In this document: piece after piece, positions 37,803-47,037 of the stretch
How positions within the stretch are numbered: the first letter of the stretch is position 1
Layout of the letters: each line of letters starts with the position of its first letter
DNA from: Actinomycetes bacterium
GTDB taxonomy: Bacteria > Actinomycetota > Thermoleophilia > BMS3ABIN01
DNA: 62,139 bases
Reading direction: 5' to 3'
NCBI GenBank assembly: GCA_021790115.1
Contig: JAJYIM010000004.1
Span: forward strand, 1-62,139
Notes under the pieces: generated by a model
The model's database searches: none
The model's input: the letters and a program-made list of their open reading frames with translations, nothing else
What the model was told of the DNA's origin: nothing
Position numbers and translations under genes: made by a program

Positions 37803-37857
37803 AGAATCTATCTCAAAGGGCTGTTCGCAGCAGAATATGCCTTTCGAGATAGATTCT
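37803..37857. mobile_element. 55-bp MITE with terminal inverted repeats
   Basis: agaatctatctcaaa...ttcgagatagattct; near-identical reverse complement of 40818-40872. Confidence 0.8.
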
Positions 37858-37959
37858 TAGGTTGCTTTTTTAAATCCCCTTATAAATAATGAATGCCGCC
37901 TTGCCACCGGCAATCACCTCTTTGCCGGCGCAACAGAAAAGTCATAAGGAGGAGAGCCG

Positions 37960-38718
37960 ATGAGCGAGCGGACGCCGGTAATTGCTGGCAACTGGAAGAT
38001 GTTTAAAACCAACACCGAGGCGGCTGCCTACGTGGCCGAGTTCCTGGCGCTGGTCGCGGATGCCCGTGCAGTTGAGATTATTCTGTGCCCCCCATTTACC
38101 TGTCTTTCCGCAGTCCGGCGCGAACTGGCCGGCAGCTCTGTGCGAGTTGCCGCCCAGAACATGCATTTTGAGGTTGAAGGCGCCTATACTGGTGAGGTTT
38201 CTGCCGCCATGCTGAAGGAAATAGGCATCAGCGATGTCATCCTCGGGCATTCCGAGCGCCGCCAGTATTTTTGCGAGAACGACGCCGATCTCGCCCGGAA
38301 AGTAACGGCCGCCATGGCGGCTGGCATCAGGCCGATCCTGTGCGTGGGCGAGTCTGACCAGGAGCGGGAAGCCGGGAGCACCAACGACAAGCTTAAAAGC
38401 CAACTGGACGGCGGGCTGGCCGCTGTTACACCCGGTCAGCTGCCGGACATGTTGATAGCCTACGAGCCGATCTGGGCGATTGGCACCGGTAAAACGGCAA
38501 CGCCGGAGATTGCGGAAGAGGCCATCAGTTTCATCCGCGAGACCCTGGCGCGCCAGTTCAATCCCGAGGCAGCCGCCCGGGTGAGAATCCTCTACGGCGG
38601 CAGCGTCAGCCCCGGCAACATCGGCGAGTTGATGGCGGCGGAAAATATTGACGGCGCACTGGTTGGCGGAGCCAGCCTGGATGTAGGCAGCTTCGCCCGC
38701 ATCGTCAAGCTTGGTTAA
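37960..38718 (+). CDS. tpiA: Triosephosphate isomerase
   Basis: AGNWKM, AAQN, GAYTGEVS, LGHSERR, AYEPIWAIGTG, LYGGSV, LVGGASL. Confidence 0.98.
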   Translation: MSERTPVIAGNWKMFKTNTEAAAYVAEFLALVADARAVEIILCPPFTCLSAVRRELAGSSVRVAAQNMHFEVEGAYTGEVSAAMLKEIGISDVILGHSERRQYFCENDADLARKVTAAMAAGIRPILCVGESDQEREAGSTNDKLKSQLDGGLAAVTPGQLPDMLIAYEPIWAIGTGKTATPEIAEEAISFIRETLARQFNPEAAARVRILYGGSVSPGNIGELMAAENIDGALVGGASLDVGSFARIVKLG

Positions 38719-38727
38719 GAGGTCTTG

Positions 38728-40293
38728 ATGGCGGCGCCCAAAACTTCGTCCGTTCCTATACGGAGATCGCACGCGGACCCGGCTTTTGTCTGCCTGGTCG
38801 TCCTGGACGGCTGGGGGATTGCTCCTCCGGGACCGGGCAACGCCGTCAGCCTGGCCAGGACCCCTAATCTGGACTTCCTGTTTGACCAATTTCCGCACAC
38901 TGAGCTGAAGGCATCCGGCGAGGCTGTTGGCCTGCCGCCCGGGCAGATGGGAAACTCGGAGGTTGGCCACCTTAGTCTCGGCGCCGGCCGGGTGGTGCTT
39001 CAGGATCTGACACGCATCAACCGGGCGGTCAGCGACGGCTCCTTTTTTGAGAACCGCGAGCTGGTCAAAGCCTTCGCCGGCGCGGCGGAAAAAGGCGCTG
39101 TCGTTCATCTGCTCGGCCTCCTGTCCGATGGCGGCGTCCACAGCGAGCTGAGCCACCTGAAAGCGCTGGTGAACATGGCCCGCAGGCGCGGCTGCGGGAA
39201 CTTGGTTTTGCACCTTTTCCTTGACGGCCGCGATGTGCCTCCTCAATGCGGCATCCGTTACATCAAGGATATTGGCGCTTTCTTAACGAAGGAAGGCTGC
39301 GGCCGCATCGGGACAATATCCGGCAGGTACTATGCCATGGACCGCGACCAGCGCTGGTCGCGGGTCAAGCTTGCCTATGACGCCATCGTTCGGGGCCGGG
39401 GTCCTTATGAGCCTGACCCGCTAAGACTGGTGGAGAAGTCTTATGCTGCCGGAGTGACAGACGAGTTTGTCCTGCCGGCGGTTGTTGACATGGATGCGAA
39501 AATTAACAGCACCGATAGCGTCATCTTTTTTAATTTCCGCCCGGACCGCTCGCGCGAGCTTGCCAGAGCATTGATCTTTGATGATTTTCAGGATTTTGAC
39601 AGGGGCCCGCGGCCGCCGCTGCCATACTTTGTCAGCATGACCGAGTATGACGCCAGTTTCCCCACAGCGGTTGCCTTCCCCCCGGAGGAGCTTAGGAATG
39701 TGTTGGCCGCCGTTCTTTCACAGGCCGGCAAGACCCAGCTTCATATTGCCGAGACGGAAAAATACGCCCACGTGACCTTCTTTTTTAATGGCGGCGTAGA
39801 GCCGCCTTACCCGGGAGAGACACGCAAGCTTGTCCCTTCACCTGTGGACGTTCCGACTTATGATCAGAAGCCGGCCATGAGCGCCCCCGAGGTTACCAGG
39901 GAGCTGATCAAGCTGCTTGATCAGCAGCAGTTTGATTTCGTCGTTCTCAATTATGCTAATTGTGATATGGTCGGCCACACCGGCCGGCTGGCGGCGGCTA
40001 TCGAGGCGGTGGAAATGGTCGATGATTGCGTCGGCCGGGCCTGGCGTAAAGTAGAGAGTCTGAGGGGCGTTTGCCTGATTACGGCTGATCATGGCAACGC
40101 CGAGAAAATGACGGCGGCAGGCGGGGGCCCAAACACTGCCCACACCACGGACAAAGTTCCTCTGGTTGTCACCCGCCATTGGCAATTAAAAGACGGCGGC
40201 GCCCTCTGTGACGTGGCTCCCACGGTGCTCAGCTTCCTGAAAATTCCCGTTCCCGCCGAGATGACTGGCAGCTCCATCATCCGCAGCCGGTAG
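38728..40293 (+). CDS. gpmI: 2,3-bisphosphoglycerate-independent phosphoglycerate mutase (GpmI type)
   Basis: LDGWG, QMGNSEVGH, GRYYAMDRD, ETEKYAHVTFFFNGG, NCDMVGHTG, TADHGNAE. Confidence 0.98.
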   Translation: MAAPKTSSVPIRRSHADPAFVCLVVLDGWGIAPPGPGNAVSLARTPNLDFLFDQFPHTELKASGEAVGLPPGQMGNSEVGHLSLGAGRVVLQDLTRINRAVSDGSFFENRELVKAFAGAAEKGAVVHLLGLLSDGGVHSELSHLKALVNMARRRGCGNLVLHLFLDGRDVPPQCGIRYIKDIGAFLTKEGCGRIGTISGRYYAMDRDQRWSRVKLAYDAIVRGRGPYEPDPLRLVEKSYAAGVTDEFVLPAVVDMDAKINSTDSVIFFNFRPDRSRELARALIFDDFQDFDRGPRPPLPYFVSMTEYDASFPTAVAFPPEELRNVLAAVLSQAGKTQLHIAETEKYAHVTFFFNGGVEPPYPGETRKLVPSPVDVPTYDQKPAMSAPEVTRELIKLLDQQQFDFVVLNYANCDMVGHTGRLAAAIEAVEMVDDCVGRAWRKVESLRGVCLITADHGNAEKMTAAGGGPNTAHTTDKVPLVVTRHWQLKDGGALCDVAPTVLSFLKIPVPAEMTGSSIIRSR

Positions 40294-40408
40294 GCGGCAG
40301 GCTTCATTTACGCACAAACAGGTAGATGGCAGGCTTTCCAGCCTGCCTTTGGGAGGGTTTATCTACGCACACGCCCTCGTCTGCACAGGCTGAAAGCCTG
40401 TGCCTACC
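40289..40408. repeat. GTAG-type REP cluster 2 (reverse orientation of cluster 1)
   Basis: ggtagatggcaggctttccagcctgcc (40321-40347), conserved spacer, gcacaggctgaaagcctgtgcctacc (40383-40408). Confidence 0.88.
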
Positions 40409-40502
40409 TGTTTGGCAGGGATGTCTGCCCGCTTGCGGTTGGGGCCCCGGGCCGTTATCATCTTGGTATTGTCATGATAACTGGAAGCAAACTGGGTAAA
40501 TA

Positions 40503-40727
40503 ATGCAATATGCGATTCTGGCAATTCATTCCATTCTTTCGGTGACACTGGTGGTGCTGATCTTGCTCCACTCCGGCAAAGGCGGGGTTTCCGGCATATT
40601 TGGCGGCGGTATGAGCGAGACGTTCAGCGGCACCAGCGTCATTGAGAAAAACCTCACCCGCGCCACTGCTGCGGTTGGCACAGCATTTTTCATTACCACG
40701 ATCCTGCTGGTTTTCGTCTTTAAATAG
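40503..40727 (+). CDS. secG: Preprotein translocase subunit SecG
   Basis: ILLHSGKGGGVSGIFGGG...EKNLTRAT, two TMs; tpiA-gpmI-secG context. Confidence 0.95.
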   Translation: MQYAILAIHSILSVTLVVLILLHSGKGGVSGIFGGGMSETFSGTSVIEKNLTRATAAVGTAFFITTILLVFVFK

Positions 40728-40817
40728 CGCCAGGCCGTCTGCCATGTCTTCCGCGCCGCCATTTCATTTTCGCGCCTGCGAAGCTGGCTCCTCATCTAAA
40801 ACCTCCCCTCGCCTATA

Positions 40818-40872
40818 AGAATCTATCTCAATAGGCATATTCTGTTGCGAACAGCCTTTTGAGATAGATTCT
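40818..40872. mobile_element. 55-bp MITE with terminal inverted repeats
   Basis: agaatctatctcaa...ttttgagatagattct. Confidence 0.8.
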
Positions 40873-40945
40873 AAAAACATCATATTATTTGAGCGCATTT
40901 AAGTTGAACGCGCTGCCGCCGCGCCTGAATCGCAAGGAGGCCAAA

Positions 40946-41800
40946 GTGCACATTGACGGCAAGACAAGGTTGATAGGGATCCTCGGCGATCCCGTTGCCC
41001 ACTCACTCTCTCCCCGGATGCAAAATGCCGCCTTTCAGGCCGCCGGCCTGAATTTTTGCTATGTGCCGCTTCGTGTCAAGCAAAAGCAACTCCCGGCAGC
41101 CGTGGAGGGCCTGAGGGCCATGCAGTTCAGAGGCGCCAACGTGACCATTCCTCACAAGGTGCCGGCGGCGGAACTGCTTGATTGCCTGGACCGGTCCGCC
41201 GCCAGGACCGGCGCCGTAAACACCATCGTGAACGATGCCGGCAAGCTCACCGGTTATAACACTGATGGCGCCGGCTTCATTGCCGCCCTGGCGGAGGCCG
41301 TCAGCGTGGAGTTCCCCAGTGCCACGGCCGTCATTTTAGGCGCCGGCGGCGCGGCCCGCTCCGTGGCAGTGGCGCTGGCGGAGAAAGGCGTGCCGCGGAT
41401 CGCCATCATTAACAGAACGCTGGCAAAAGCCCGGGGCCTAAAGGCGCTGCTTAAGCTCGAGTTCCCCGATATCGAAGCAGTCGCCGTAGGCCTTAAGGAA
41501 AAATGTGATGACTTGATTATTTCCAGCAAGTTGCTGGTAAATGCCACCTCCCTGGGCATGGACGGCGACCTAAAGCGCCTCCCCGTCGCCGTCGATAAAT
41601 TAACGGAAGGCCATATCGTCTGCGATCTGGTTTACGGCGGTCCGGGAGATACCGCGTTGCTGGCAGCGGCGAGAGAAAAAGGGGCAACCTTAATGGGCGG
41701 ACTCGGAATGCTTCTCCACCAGGGAGCGGCTTCATTCAAGCTGTGGACCAGTGCTCAGCCCCCTATTGAAGTCATGAGGAAAGCGCTTGAATCCCAGTGA
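40946..41800 (+). CDS. aroE: Shikimate dehydrogenase
   Basis: GDPVAHSLSP, GANVTIPHK, GAVNT, GYNTDG, GAGGAARS, NRT, VNATSLGM; RBS aaggagg before GTG 40946. Confidence 0.95.
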   Translation: MHIDGKTRLIGILGDPVAHSLSPRMQNAAFQAAGLNFCYVPLRVKQKQLPAAVEGLRAMQFRGANVTIPHKVPAAELLDCLDRSAARTGAVNTIVNDAGKLTGYNTDGAGFIAALAEAVSVEFPSATAVILGAGGAARSVAVALAEKGVPRIAIINRTLAKARGLKALLKLEFPDIEAVAVGLKEKCDDLIISSKLLVNATSLGMDGDLKRLPVAVDKLTEGHIVCDLVYGGPGDTALLAAAREKGATLMGGLGMLLHQGAASFKLWTSAQPPIEVMRKALESQ

Positions 41801-43508
41801 ATTAAAAGCAAAAACTCAAGGAAATCACAGGCAGCTCCAGCCGATCGGTGAAATTCTCGTAAGCAAGGGAATGATCACGCGCGAGCAGCTCGATGAATGC
41901 CTTGAGAAACAAAAAGGCAGCTCCAAGCGGCTGGGCGAGATCATGGTTCAGGAAGGCATATTGTCCCAGGACCAGCTGAACCAGGCCCTGGCGGAGCGCC
42001 TTGGCGTTGAGCACATCGGACTGGCCGAATACCAGGTTGACTCGCTGGCGGCCAACATGATCCCGGAGAAGCTGGCACGTCGCTACGGCGCCATCCCCAT
42101 CAAATTTTTGGATGAGAACACGCTGCAGGTGACGATGGTGGACCCGACCAACGTGTTTGCCATCGACGACCTGCGCATGATCACCGGCTATGATATCAAG
42201 CCCGCCATCGCTTCAGCGGAGGATGTGTTTGGGCTGATCTCAAAGATGCACCGCCTGGGCGACACGGTGGATGAGGAGCTGGCGCAGGAGGAAGGAGATT
42301 ATCTGGCCGAAGCCCCGGTTTCGGCCGACATCCGCGATGCGGCGGCAGAGGCGCCGGTTGTGAAACTTGTCAACGGGGTTATCAGCCAGGGCGTTGACGA
42401 CGGGGCCAGCGATCTCCATTTCGAGCCTCAGGAGAAAGAGCTTGTCATCCGCTTTCGCATTGACGGGGTTCTGCATGAATTCATGTCGGTGCCCAAGCGA
42501 ATGCAGGCCGGGGTGCTTTCCCGCATCAAGGTGATGGCTGATATGGATATTGCCGAGCGGCGGATTCCCCAGGACGGGCGCATCGGGCTCACGGTTGGCG
42601 GCAAACCGATAGATGTACGCGTTGCCTCCATGCCCACCGTTTACGGAGAAAAGATTGTCCTGCGGCTGCTGGATAAAAGCAGCGTGCTGCTGGGTCTGAC
42701 GGACCTTGGTTTTTCGGAAAAGGCCCTGACCCGCTTTGAAATGGCTTACCACAAGCCCTACGGCGCCCTGCTGGTGACGGGACCTACCGGCAGTGGCAAG
42801 TCCACCACCCTTTACGCAACCTTGAACGTGCTTAACTCGAAGGAAAAGAACATCATCACTGTCGAGGACCCGGTGGAGTACCGCCTGGGCGGCATTAACC
42901 AGACACAAATCAACCCCAAGGCCGGGCTCACGTTTGCCTCCGGCCTGCGCTCAATCCTGCGGTCGGACCCCGATATTGTCATGGTTGGCGAGATCAGGGA
43001 CAAGGAAACGGCCCAAATCGCCATCGAGTCAGCCCTCACCGGCCACCTGGTGCTTAGCACCCTGCATACAAACGACGCCCCCGGAGCCCTGACCCGGCTT
43101 TCGGAGATGGGAGTTGAGCCCTTCCTGACGGCGTCGGCAATCGAATGCGTGCTGGCCCAAAGGCTGGCGCGGCGCCTTTGCCACAACTGCCGCAAGCCTT
43201 TCCAGCCTTCCGACGAAGCGCTTAAGCAAAACGGTTTTCCAGACGAGGTGATGGGACAGGGCATCACCATCTACCGGGCCACCGGTTGCCCCCGCTGCAA
43301 CAATACCGGCTACAAGGGGCGGCTGGGCATTTACGAAGTGATGCTGGTAAGCGAGGCGATCGAGCGGTTAACCATTGAGAGAAAAAGTGCCGATGAAATT
43401 TCAAGAGTGGCGCAGGCCGAAGGCATGGTCACCTTGCGGGAAGACGGAATTCAGAAAGTGCTTGAGGGCCGTACTTCAGTCGAGGAGATTGGCAGGGTCA
43501 TCGTATGA
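41787..43508 (+). CDS. pilB: Type IV pilus extension ATPase (GspE/PilB family)
   Basis: N-terminal IGEILVSKG...LGEIMV (MshEN-like), ASDLHFEP, RFRIDG, GPTGSGKST, TVEDPVE, LRSDPD, GHLVLSTLHTN, CxxC...CxxC. Confidence 0.96.
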   Translation: MNPSELKAKTQGNHRQLQPIGEILVSKGMITREQLDECLEKQKGSSKRLGEIMVQEGILSQDQLNQALAERLGVEHIGLAEYQVDSLAANMIPEKLARRYGAIPIKFLDENTLQVTMVDPTNVFAIDDLRMITGYDIKPAIASAEDVFGLISKMHRLGDTVDEELAQEEGDYLAEAPVSADIRDAAAEAPVVKLVNGVISQGVDDGASDLHFEPQEKELVIRFRIDGVLHEFMSVPKRMQAGVLSRIKVMADMDIAERRIPQDGRIGLTVGGKPIDVRVASMPTVYGEKIVLRLLDKSSVLLGLTDLGFSEKALTRFEMAYHKPYGALLVTGPTGSGKSTTLYATLNVLNSKEKNIITVEDPVEYRLGGINQTQINPKAGLTFASGLRSILRSDPDIVMVGEIRDKETAQIAIESALTGHLVLSTLHTNDAPGALTRLSEMGVEPFLTASAIECVLAQRLARRLCHNCRKPFQPSDEALKQNGFPDEVMGQGITIYRATGCPRCNNTGYKGRLGIYEVMLVSEAIERLTIERKSADEISRVAQAEGMVTLREDGIQKVLEGRTSVEEIGRVIV

Positions 43509-43535
43509 TGACATTTCAACCAAGGGGGAAAGCAG

Positions 43536-44603
43536 ATGGATCTGGTCGATATTTTAATGGAAGTCCTGGAGCGCAAAGCATCAGACCTGCATCTCACGGT
43601 AGGGACGCCTCCCGTGATCAGGGTGGCGGGCAAGCTGATCCGGCTGGACTATCCGCGCCTGTCAGACAGCGACACCCGTGATCTGATCTACAGCATTCTC
43701 ACCCAGGACCAGCGCCACAGGATGGAAAGCGACTGGGAGATTGATTTTGCCTATTCCGTGCCCGGGAAAGCGCGGTTCCGTGTCAACGCTTTCTTTCAGC
43801 GCAACAGCATGGGCGCTGCCTTCCGTCTGGTTCCGGTGCAAATCAAAAGCGTGGAGGAGCTGATGCTGCCGGCGGTGCTGCACGAGATGGCCGCCAAGCC
43901 GCGCGGCTTTGTGCTGGTCACCGGGCCAACCGGCTGCGGCAAGTCAACGACGCTGGCGGCTCTGATAGACGAGATAAACGAGACGCGCGAAGAGCACATC
44001 ATGACCATTGAGGACCCGATTGAGTTCCTCCACCGGCATAAGAAATCCATCATAAACCAGCGGGAAGTGGGAACCGACACCCAGTCGTTTAACCGGGCGC
44101 TGAAATCGGTGCTGAGGCAGGACCCGGACGTCATCCTCGTCGGCGAGATGCGCGATAACGAGACGATCCAGACAGCGTTGACGGCGGCTGAGACCGGGCA
44201 CCTCGTCTTTGCAACCCTGCACACGCAGGATGCGCCCCAGTCAATTGACCGGATTATTGACGTCTTTCCGTCTCATCAGCAGGGGCAGATCCGGGTGCAG
44301 CTGGCGGCAACGCTGATGGGAATCTGCACGCAGCAGTTGCTGGCGACCGTTGATGGCACCAGCCGGGTGCCGGCCTGTGAAGTTCTGGTTCCCACGCCGG
44401 CGGTGCGCAACCTCGTCCGCGAAGCCAAGACGCACCAGATATATTCCGTCATGCAGACAGGCGGCCGGTACGGCATGCAGACGATGGACAGCTCCCTGGC
44501 CGACCTGGTCAGGCGCGGCAAGATCACCAAGGTGCTGGCGCTCAAGCGCTCGAGCACTCCCGACGACCTGGAGAGGTTGATAACGGGCAGGCTTGCAGCC
44601 TGA
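43536..44603 (+). CDS. pilT: Type IV pilus retraction ATPase
   Basis: ASDLHL, GPTGCGKSTT, TIEDPIEF, NQREVG, VLRQDPDVILVGEMRD, AVRNLVRE (AIRNLIRE motif), GMQTMD. Confidence 0.96.
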   Translation: MDLVDILMEVLERKASDLHLTVGTPPVIRVAGKLIRLDYPRLSDSDTRDLIYSILTQDQRHRMESDWEIDFAYSVPGKARFRVNAFFQRNSMGAAFRLVPVQIKSVEELMLPAVLHEMAAKPRGFVLVTGPTGCGKSTTLAALIDEINETREEHIMTIEDPIEFLHRHKKSIINQREVGTDTQSFNRALKSVLRQDPDVILVGEMRDNETIQTALTAAETGHLVFATLHTQDAPQSIDRIIDVFPSHQQGQIRVQLAATLMGICTQQLLATVDGTSRVPACEVLVPTPAVRNLVREAKTHQIYSVMQTGGRYGMQTMDSSLADLVRRGKITKVLALKRSSTPDDLERLITGRLAA

Positions 44604-44641
44604 GCGGCTGGTTTTAACAGCAAGGCAAGGAAAGAGCAACA

Positions 44642-45862
44642 ATGTCAACTTTTGTTTATAAAGTGCGGGACGTGCGGGGCATTCTCTCCCGGGGGGAGCT
44701 GGAGGCAGACTCCCGCGCCGCCGTTGCCACCAGCCTGAGTGGCCAGGGCCTCACAGTTGTTGAGGTGAGTGAGAAGCAGAAGGGCGGCACTTCGCTGAGC
44801 GACGTTCTTAGCGATCTGCGCCCGGTCAAAGCCCGGCACATCACTATTTTCTCGCGGCAGTTCGCCACCATGATCAGTTCCGGGCTGGCGCTCTTGCGGG
44901 CGCTGCACATCCTGGAAAGCCAGACCCAGAATCCAAAGCTAAAGACAATCATCGGCAGTGTCAGAAAAGAGGTGGAAGGCGGGGCGGCCCTGTCGGATTC
45001 CCTGGAAAAACACCCGCAGGTCTTTAACCGGCTTTACATCAGCATGGTGCGGGCGGGCGAGGCCGGCGGCATCCTGGATGAGACCTTGAACCGGGTGGCG
45101 GCGCAACTGGAGTCCGATGACAACCTGAAAAGGTCTATCAAGTCGGCGATGGTCTACCCGCTCTTGATCGCCTCTTTCGCCCTCCTTATCTTGACGGCGA
45201 TGGTTCTCTTCATTATCCCTACCTTTGCCAAAATGTACGATCAGTTGGGAGGGAAGCTGCCGCTGCTTACCCGGATGATGGTCTGGGTCAGCAACACGAT
45301 GACAAGCATCGTTGGTTTGTTTGTTCTGGCCGGCCTCGGTGGCGGGGTCTACGGGCTGATCAGGCTGAAAAAGACGCCGCAGGGAACGGCCGCCTGGGAC
45401 CGCATGAAGCTGCATCTGCCCATGGGCATTGGCGAGATCGTCCGCAAGCTGGCGATGGCCAGGTTCTCGCGGACGCTGGGCACGCTGATCTCAAGCGGCG
45501 TCCCCATCCTGCAGGCAATTGAGATTACCGGCGAGACGGCCGGCAACGTGGTGGTGTCGGAGGCGATGGCCGGCGTCAAGGAGGGCATCAAGCAGGGCCG
45601 GCCGATGTCAGAACCGTTGTCAAGCCAAAGCATTTTCCCGCCCATGGTGACGCAGATGATCGCCGTCGGCGAGGAGACCGGCGCCATTGACACCATGCTG
45701 GGCAAGATTGCCGATTTTTATGAAGATGAAGTCAGCGCCGCTGTCAAGGCGCTGACGTCAATCCTGGAGCCGATCATGATGATCGGCGTGGGCGCCATCG
45801 TCGGCGTCATTGTCATCTCGCTTTATCTGCCGATATTTAACCTGATGAACATCGTCCACTAA
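44642..45862 (+). CDS. pilC: Type IV pilus platform protein (GspF/PilC family)
   Basis: FSRQFATMISSG, GEAGGILD, SAMVYP, GEETG.ID.ML, LEPIMM. Confidence 0.96.
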   Translation: MSTFVYKVRDVRGILSRGELEADSRAAVATSLSGQGLTVVEVSEKQKGGTSLSDVLSDLRPVKARHITIFSRQFATMISSGLALLRALHILESQTQNPKLKTIIGSVRKEVEGGAALSDSLEKHPQVFNRLYISMVRAGEAGGILDETLNRVAAQLESDDNLKRSIKSAMVYPLLIASFALLILTAMVLFIIPTFAKMYDQLGGKLPLLTRMMVWVSNTMTSIVGLFVLAGLGGGVYGLIRLKKTPQGTAAWDRMKLHLPMGIGEIVRKLAMARFSRTLGTLISSGVPILQAIEITGETAGNVVVSEAMAGVKEGIKQGRPMSEPLSSQSIFPPMVTQMIAVGEETGAIDTMLGKIADFYEDEVSAAVKALTSILEPIMMIGVGAIVGVIVISLYLPIFNLMNIVH

Positions 45863-45897
45863 TAGCCTGAGCTGCCGTTAAGCGCAATTAATAAGCC

Positions 45898-46725
45898 ATG
45901 GGCGCAGCCTTAAAAGTAAAAGAAAGCAGCAGGGCGCCGCGGCGCGGCGCCAAGGTGATTGCATTCCCGCTGCCGGCAAAGGAAAACCGCTGCAATACGG
46001 AGCTGGTCAGGCAGTACCAGCAAAGCCGGGACCCGGGGCTGTTGGGGCAGATCGTTGAGCGCAACCAGGGACTGCTGCATGCGGTGCTGGGCCGCTTTTC
46101 CTATTTCCCGGATCCGTACGAGGATTTGCTCCAGGTGGCGAATTTGGGCCTGATCAAGGCGGTACAGCGCTTTGACTGCAGCCGCGGCGTCGAATTTTCC
46201 AGCTACGCCACCGCCATCGTCGATGGCGAAGTGCGCCATTACCTGCGCGATAACGTGCTGCTGCGGCAGCCGCGCTGGCTGCAAAAGCTGGAAAAACAGA
46301 TTGAGGCCGCCTCCGCGGAGTTGACCAGAAAGCTGAAGCGGACGCCGACGCTGAAAGAAATCTCCCGCGAGGTCAATGTAACCGAAGATGGCGTCATCGA
46401 AGTGCTGAAAACAAGCGCCGCGGCGCGGCTGCATCCAGTTGACGACCTGCCGGAAGGCCCAGGCGGGCATGAGCCTGAAGCCGGCCGGATTCACTCGCTC
46501 CACTATGAATCTTTTTCCCTGCCGGTGGAGGACCGCATCCTGCTGGAGGAGGCCCTGGAGGCGCTGGGAGCATTCCACCACAAGATTATCTTCCTGCTTT
46601 TTTACCGCGGCCTGACGCAGTCGGAGGCCGCCGCCGCGATGGGGCTGTCACAGCGCCAGGTTTCGCGCGAATCGGCCAAGGCCCTCGGCCGCCTGAAGGC
46701 GATCCTGAACACGAAGATTTTTTAG
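45898..46725 (+). CDS. SigB/SigF/SigG-type RNA polymerase sigma factor
   Basis: YEDLLQVANLGLIKAVQRFD...FSSYATAIVDGEVRHYLRD, region 3 RTPTLKEI, region 4 LTQSEAA..MGLSQRQVSR. Confidence 0.88.
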   Translation: MGAALKVKESSRAPRRGAKVIAFPLPAKENRCNTELVRQYQQSRDPGLLGQIVERNQGLLHAVLGRFSYFPDPYEDLLQVANLGLIKAVQRFDCSRGVEFSSYATAIVDGEVRHYLRDNVLLRQPRWLQKLEKQIEAASAELTRKLKRTPTLKEISREVNVTEDGVIEVLKTSAAARLHPVDDLPEGPGGHEPEAGRIHSLHYESFSLPVEDRILLEEALEALGAFHHKIIFLLFYRGLTQSEAAAAMGLSQRQVSRESAKALGRLKAILNTKIF

Positions 46726-46753
46726 CCGGCCGGGCAAAGACCTAAAAAAGGTA

Positions 46754-46780
46754 TCAAGTTATGCCGGCGGCAGCCGATTA
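46754..46780 (+). promoter_or_regulatory. Sigma28 (FliA/WhiG)-like promoter
   Basis: TCAAGTTA-N11-GCCGATTA matches the TAAAGTTT-N11-GCCGATAA consensus. Confidence 0.55.
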
Positions 46781-46814
46781 AAGAACGGTCATCACCCTAC
46801 ATCCCTGGCGGGTT

Positions 46815-46839
46815 GTCTAAAAAAAAAGCAGTTGGGTAT
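46815..46839 (+). promoter_or_regulatory. SigB/SigF-type promoter with an A9 run in the spacer
   Basis: GTCTAA-N13-GGGTAT versus the GTTTAA-N12-14-GGGWAW consensus; A9 at 46819-46827. Confidence 0.55.
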
Positions 46840-46849
46840 CATGGGGATG

Positions 46850-46940
46850 AAGGTGAAAAATGGCAAACCATCCGTAAGGGTGGGGCGCAAAGCTACAGGG
46901 CCAGGAAAAAGTTCTTCTGGCCGGCTGGGTTGCCACCAGA
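46850..46940 (+). ncRNA. c-di-GMP-I (GEMM) riboswitch aptamer
   Basis: GGCAAACCATCC-GTAA-GGGTGGGGCGCAAAGCTACAGGGCC...GGCCGGCTGGGTTGCC: GCAAAC, GNRA tetraloop P2, GCAAAGC junction and 3' GGTTGCC of the class I aptamer; in the leader of the major pilin. Confidence 0.9.
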
Positions 46941-46956
46941 GATCGCAGGCAAGTAA

Positions 46957-46994
46957 AGGATCTGTGGGTTTGCCAAAGCCACAGGTCCTTTTTT
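46957..46994 (+). terminator. Intrinsic terminator (riboswitch expression platform)
   Basis: AGGATCTGTGG / CCACAGGTCCT 11-bp stem (one G-U) followed by a T run. Confidence 0.85.
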
Positions 46995-47037
46995 GTGGCT
47001 TTTTAAAGAAATGGGAATTTCGGAAGGAGGTGACATC

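Noticed and set aside
37942-39246. Long antisense ORFs (also 8311-9123, 19504-20349, 21025-21924, 28844-29680, 33691-34824)
   Set aside because: Shadow frames of well-supported genes in GC-rich DNA; no motifs or RBS.
40728-40945. tRNA expected downstream of secG
   Set aside because: No cloverleaf, T-loop motif or CCA end seen; the interval holds a MITE.
46850-46940. 3',3'-cGAMP (GEMM-Ib) specificity for the riboswitch
   Set aside because: P2/P3 resemble such variants, but the discriminating position is G (UGGCAAAC), not A; c-di-GMP is favoured, untested.
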